The notes under the pieces are model-generated. The model was given only the letters and a program-made list of their open reading frames with translations. It was not told where the DNA came from and made no database searches. Of a stretch of DNA of 33,984 nt, positions 30,235 to 33,984 are shown piece after piece. The stretch is from assembly GCA_000320545.1 (NCBI GenBank), contig ADNK01002586.1:1-33984 (forward strand), written 5' to 3'. Numbering within the stretch: the stretch's first letter is position 1; each line of letters starts with the position of its first letter. A program made the position numbers and the translations under genes. The DNA is from Bigelowiella natans CCMP2755. Its lineage: Eukaryota; Protista; Cercozoa.

Positions 30235-31968
30235 AATTATAATCGCCCTCCACTATTGCAAAAACACATATAGGATGCGTAGAAAGCTTTTTCGCGAAGT
30301 TTTATCACGATTTGCAGTCGTCGTTCAAACTTGGAATGCCTTAAAGCAGGAATTATATGATGCAAAGCACCAAAATACCTGAGAAAGCATGTCAGCAGCG
30401 AGATACATAACGTTAGCAAGCAGCGGGATCATCCGATTTTCCCTGAACAGCTTCACCAGCCGAATCAATCTGCACAGCAGTGACAATCAATTAGAGAATT
30501 AGAACCCATCATACGCGGACATATGCTCATATCAAAGAGCAAGGGCAGAATAAGAACAACCGACAAGTTATAATTGACGAGTAAAGCAGCTTCTATCACC
30601 ACTACGTGGCGCAAAAGTTTAGGACTAATCGCGCTTTAAATTCTACTTGGCTAGCAACACGTGCGATTTCCGTGTGATTGGGTTGATACACTGTTAGGTT
30701 TTCGATCGTAATTGATCTTTCCGACCATCTGATAAAACGACACAACCTGCCTATCCTCAAGCTTGTAAGATTTATTGACTCCCCAGTTGCATTCTGAAAA
30801 AACACCATATACGGCAGCAGTGCATTTGATGAGACTGCTACGGAATAGCTACAGAATAAATAGCTGGCACGCGCATAGGTCTTGTGCACTATTCTATCGA
30901 ATCTGCTGGGTGTATGTCCAATGTTGTTCTCTAGACAAAACTTACTTCAAGATAGAAGGGCAAGATGGCAATAAGATCGATAATGTTCATTGGACGTAGA
31001 ATGAAGACTGCAGTTTTGTCCAAATGTACTTGAAGTTTTGGTGATATGCACGAAGAAAGGCATCCATTAAGAACGTAAAGCTCTTTTTCCTCCTCCCCCT
31101 CCTCTGGTGGTCCATACTCGCTGTAATCGATGGGACCCACTATCTTCTTCATTCGCCACACCCCAGTTATGATGTAGAGATAATTTGCAGAACTTGCAGT
31201 TAGCAGTCGCAACACATACTCTATAGTGAAAAAAATGGTGCATCCCATCTCTATCATGTCGAGCGCGGGTGCCGTATCGTTCTCTTCAGATCCGTATTTT
31301 GGGTATCGATACTCTGGAAGCGAACTAATAAGCTATCACGCACAGTAATGGAACATACCATCAGCCGATCAGCAATTCTTTTAAAAAAAACAAGAAAATT
31401 AACAGCACACCAGCTGTCATGTCACTTTCCTTTTTCCCTCGAGAATAGGTACAAAATTGTGGTGCATATTAGAGGCAAAAAAACTTCATCATGCAAATGA
31501 AAGGACGGTGGTACCAGAACTATGGTTGAAGTGACTACCATCGCTGAACTGTGCATATATGTAAATATATGCAGTGAGAAGAATTAATGAGAAGAAGCAA
31601 TGAGAAGTTCAGTTCGCGAAACGGAAAAGCACATTTACCTTAGAACAGAAAAAAAAACTGAAATGTAAGAGGAATTGTTGTCATCGACGACTTGAAACAG
31701 AAATAATCTAAATGTGTGGGCCTGGGGAAACCTGGAAGGAAAACACATATTAGTCAAATGAAGAAGAGGATGATATCCAACTATTACTACTCTATGTTCC
31801 TATCATCTCTCATTACCAAGGTTTCCTAGTTTCTATCTGAAGATTTTTGACAATTGCAGATTTTCCCTCTTGGGATTTAGAATGCGAATCAAGCCCATTG
31901 GTGATGGGACTCATTGGAACGCTCATGGGCTGCCCGGGCAGCGGTTCTCGGGCGTCCATCTCTTTCAT
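27542..31968 (-). CDS. Tandem two-domain (2 x S1-S6) voltage-gated potassium channel, ~970 aa, 9 exons
   Basis: Domain I: IFFTIEYVLRL (S2), PMNIIDLIAILPFYLE (S3), SLRIGRLIRLVKLFR (S4), MWWVIQTFTTVGYGDM (pore), LVLFAIPITVV (S6). Domain II: IFTVELSCR, PMTIIDFFTTIPFY, FLRVVRLLRLLRLIRLFKR, YWMVVTITTVGFGDLYP, CLAIPITIV. All 8 GT-AG introns are phase-consistent. Domain I S6 and domain II lie in the same uninterrupted exon (29443-27542). Confidence 0.93.
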
Positions 31969-32263
31969 ATTTCCCCCTATTTCTTCACCATCTCGCTTTA
32001 TATATAACCCTCTTTTTCTATTATAACGAGTGGAAGCCCCTCATATGAACTGGAAACTGGGGAATCTGCGCACACAGGGGGTGGGCATGACCATCCCTGC
32101 ACGTGTAGCTGTATTCGAGCGTTTCGGATATGTTTCTGCGGATCTACTGCCCGGTAATGGCCGGGAAATGAAATTTAACAAAATCACCGATGATTTTTAC
32201 CTTTTTTGGAGCTCTCCTGCTCATTTAATCCATTTTTGCCTCAGTAAGATCAATACCGACCAA

Positions 32264-33585
32264 ATGATCTGTCGCAAGGTAAGAAAAACGGACTTTCCAG
32301 GGCTCTCATTCTGAAATTGTTCCATTTTTAGCCTTCACTACTGAAGAAAAAACAAATTCTTTTAGGTAAAAACAGGCAATGATGCCCTTGTCGTTCATCG
32401 CAAATCCATGCTATTTTTAGTCGCTAGTGGAAAATCTATGAATACTGATCATATCTGAGAGCTCTACTTTGCTTTTTCTCCCCCCCCTGCACAGAACACA
32501 GATACATTCCGTTTCGAGGTCAGGACATAATAATCCGCACAAAGAGGGAACAAGTTACCTTTTTGCGAATTCTACCTTCAAGTTTTCCCCCACCCCAGCC
32601 CTTTCCCTCTTTAAATCTTTTAATGCTCGTAGCTGGAGCGGCGACATCCCTTATCCCATCAAAGAAGGTCCTCCTCCTCCTCTAATTCCATAAAGGAAGA
32701 TTTTGTTCTATCTGACTAAATCATACTATTCTAGTGTGAGGATGAATACAAATGCAGTGAAAAATTGAATAATGATTCGAAAATATGCCGCCTCTGCTTC
32801 GAAACAGAAGACCAGGTTTGATGGTATCCTTAAAGTCCAGCACGATCAAGTTTCATGTTCATTCAAAATTTCACAGGAATCAATGATAGCTCCTTGTCTT
32901 TGCAGTGGAGATCAAAAATGGGTCGGTTCCAACTCCGTATCCAACAGCTTTTCCTCTAAAATGTGCTGGTGAAGGACCTAAGTAGTAATGCTATGGTTTC
33001 TTGTAGATTCATAGAAGCTGTCTCAATAAATGGAGAATCCAGGTCTGCAAAAATGTGAGCAAAACCAACTACTCGCTGCTGAATGAAAGTAAAATAATTA
33101 ACTTCATGATGTAATTCATTGACAATTCTATATTTTACTTCCAAATGCGGTGGAATCGAGCAGGAACAAATCCCCCATACATTCGAGCGATGTCCTACAT
33201 GTCGCTATGAATACATAACTCACATCAACACAAAGCAACTGACTTACCAGCAGAAGGTCAGGAGCTGATATTTTGACAGCTATCTCCTATAATATAACTT
33301 CGGACATAGTATTTCTCAGCCGAGTTCTTTCATCATGTAGATGGAATTTAGTGCACTTGTGACTCGAGACGTCCTTGTTTTGATAGCTGGAGTGATCATC
33401 TGTGTATTAATTGGAGCCTGGGTCATCTTCAGCATCGATCCAGTAAGCTGATCATAGCAGTACACAATAAGTACCACAACTAACAACTTCTTTAAGAGGG
33501 TGGATGAGGAAGAGCGAAATATTTCACTATTTCTGCGGGTTGTTTGTATGGGCGAGATTGAGGACATTTATGATGATTTCAAACC
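32264..33585 (+). CDS. RING-CH (RINGv/MARCH-like) membrane E3 ubiquitin ligase, 3'-truncated in this sequence
   Basis: Exons from 32735 splice to KICRLCFETEDQ|ESMIAPCLCSGDQKW|IHRSCLNKWRIQ|EQIPHTFERCPTCRYEY (C4HC3), then the hydrophobic segment VLVLIAGVIICVLIGAWVIF. The 5' exons and start are uncertain, and no stop codon is reached before the palindrome. Confidence 0.88.
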
Positions 33586-33586
33586 G

Positions 33587-33668
<82 letters not shown>

Positions 33669-33984
33669 TATATATATGTCTCCAGTCCCGCCCATACCAC
33701 CGATCCGCATAAATACTGAAAGATTTCGCTCTTTCCCCTCCACCCTCTTAAAGAAGTTGTTGGTTGTGGTAATGATAGAGTACTGCTATGGGCGGCTTGG
33801 TGGATCGATGCTGAAGATGACCCAGGCTCCAATTAATACACAGATGATCACACTAGCTATCTAACAAGTACGTCTCGAAACACAAGTGCACTCATTCTAT
33901 CCACCTGACGAGAGATCTCGGGTGGAGAGATACTATCTCTGCAGTTCTCTCATTCGGAGATATCGGCGATATTGAAGCTTAGTG
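33265..33984. repeat. Imperfect long inverted repeat (fold-back) centred on an (AT)n tract at about 33587-33677
   Basis: 33676-33984 aligns to the reverse complement of about 33570-33265, for example the shared GGATCGATGCTGAAGATGACCCAGGCTCCAATTAATACACAGATGATCAC. The ORF track shows near-identical peptides on opposite strands. Confidence 0.93.

Overview
Gene-dense, intron-rich eukaryotic nuclear DNA. Three genes carry signal peptide + transit-peptide-like leaders, which points to an alga with a secondary plastid (chlorarachniophyte-like; inference). The left end holds an intact Ty1/copia gag-pol ORF on the minus strand, with a candidate primer-binding site matching a tRNA-Lys(CUU) anticodon arm. 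Eight spliced genes follow, reconstructed by hand from GT-AG junctions and reading-frame phase, in strictly alternating orientation: F-box/LRR (-), plastid-type NDP kinase (+), an unknown bipartite-leader membrane/coiled-coil protein (-), a PsbQ-like Tat-targeted lumen protein (+), a pallidin/BLOC-1-like protein (-), a large EF-hand + coiled-coil + NLS-like + CaaX protein (+), a tandem two-domain (2x6TM) voltage-gated K+ channel (-), and a RING-CH/MARCH E3 ligase (+) cut off by a fold-back palindrome at the window end. The most interesting items are the tandem Kv channel (GYG and GFG pores, intron-rich first half and intronless second half), the EF-hand/CaaX protein, the putative half-tRNA-Lys primer site, and CATG/CTAG-rich spacers found downstream of gene 3' ends. 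Exon models are manual and have no transcript support.
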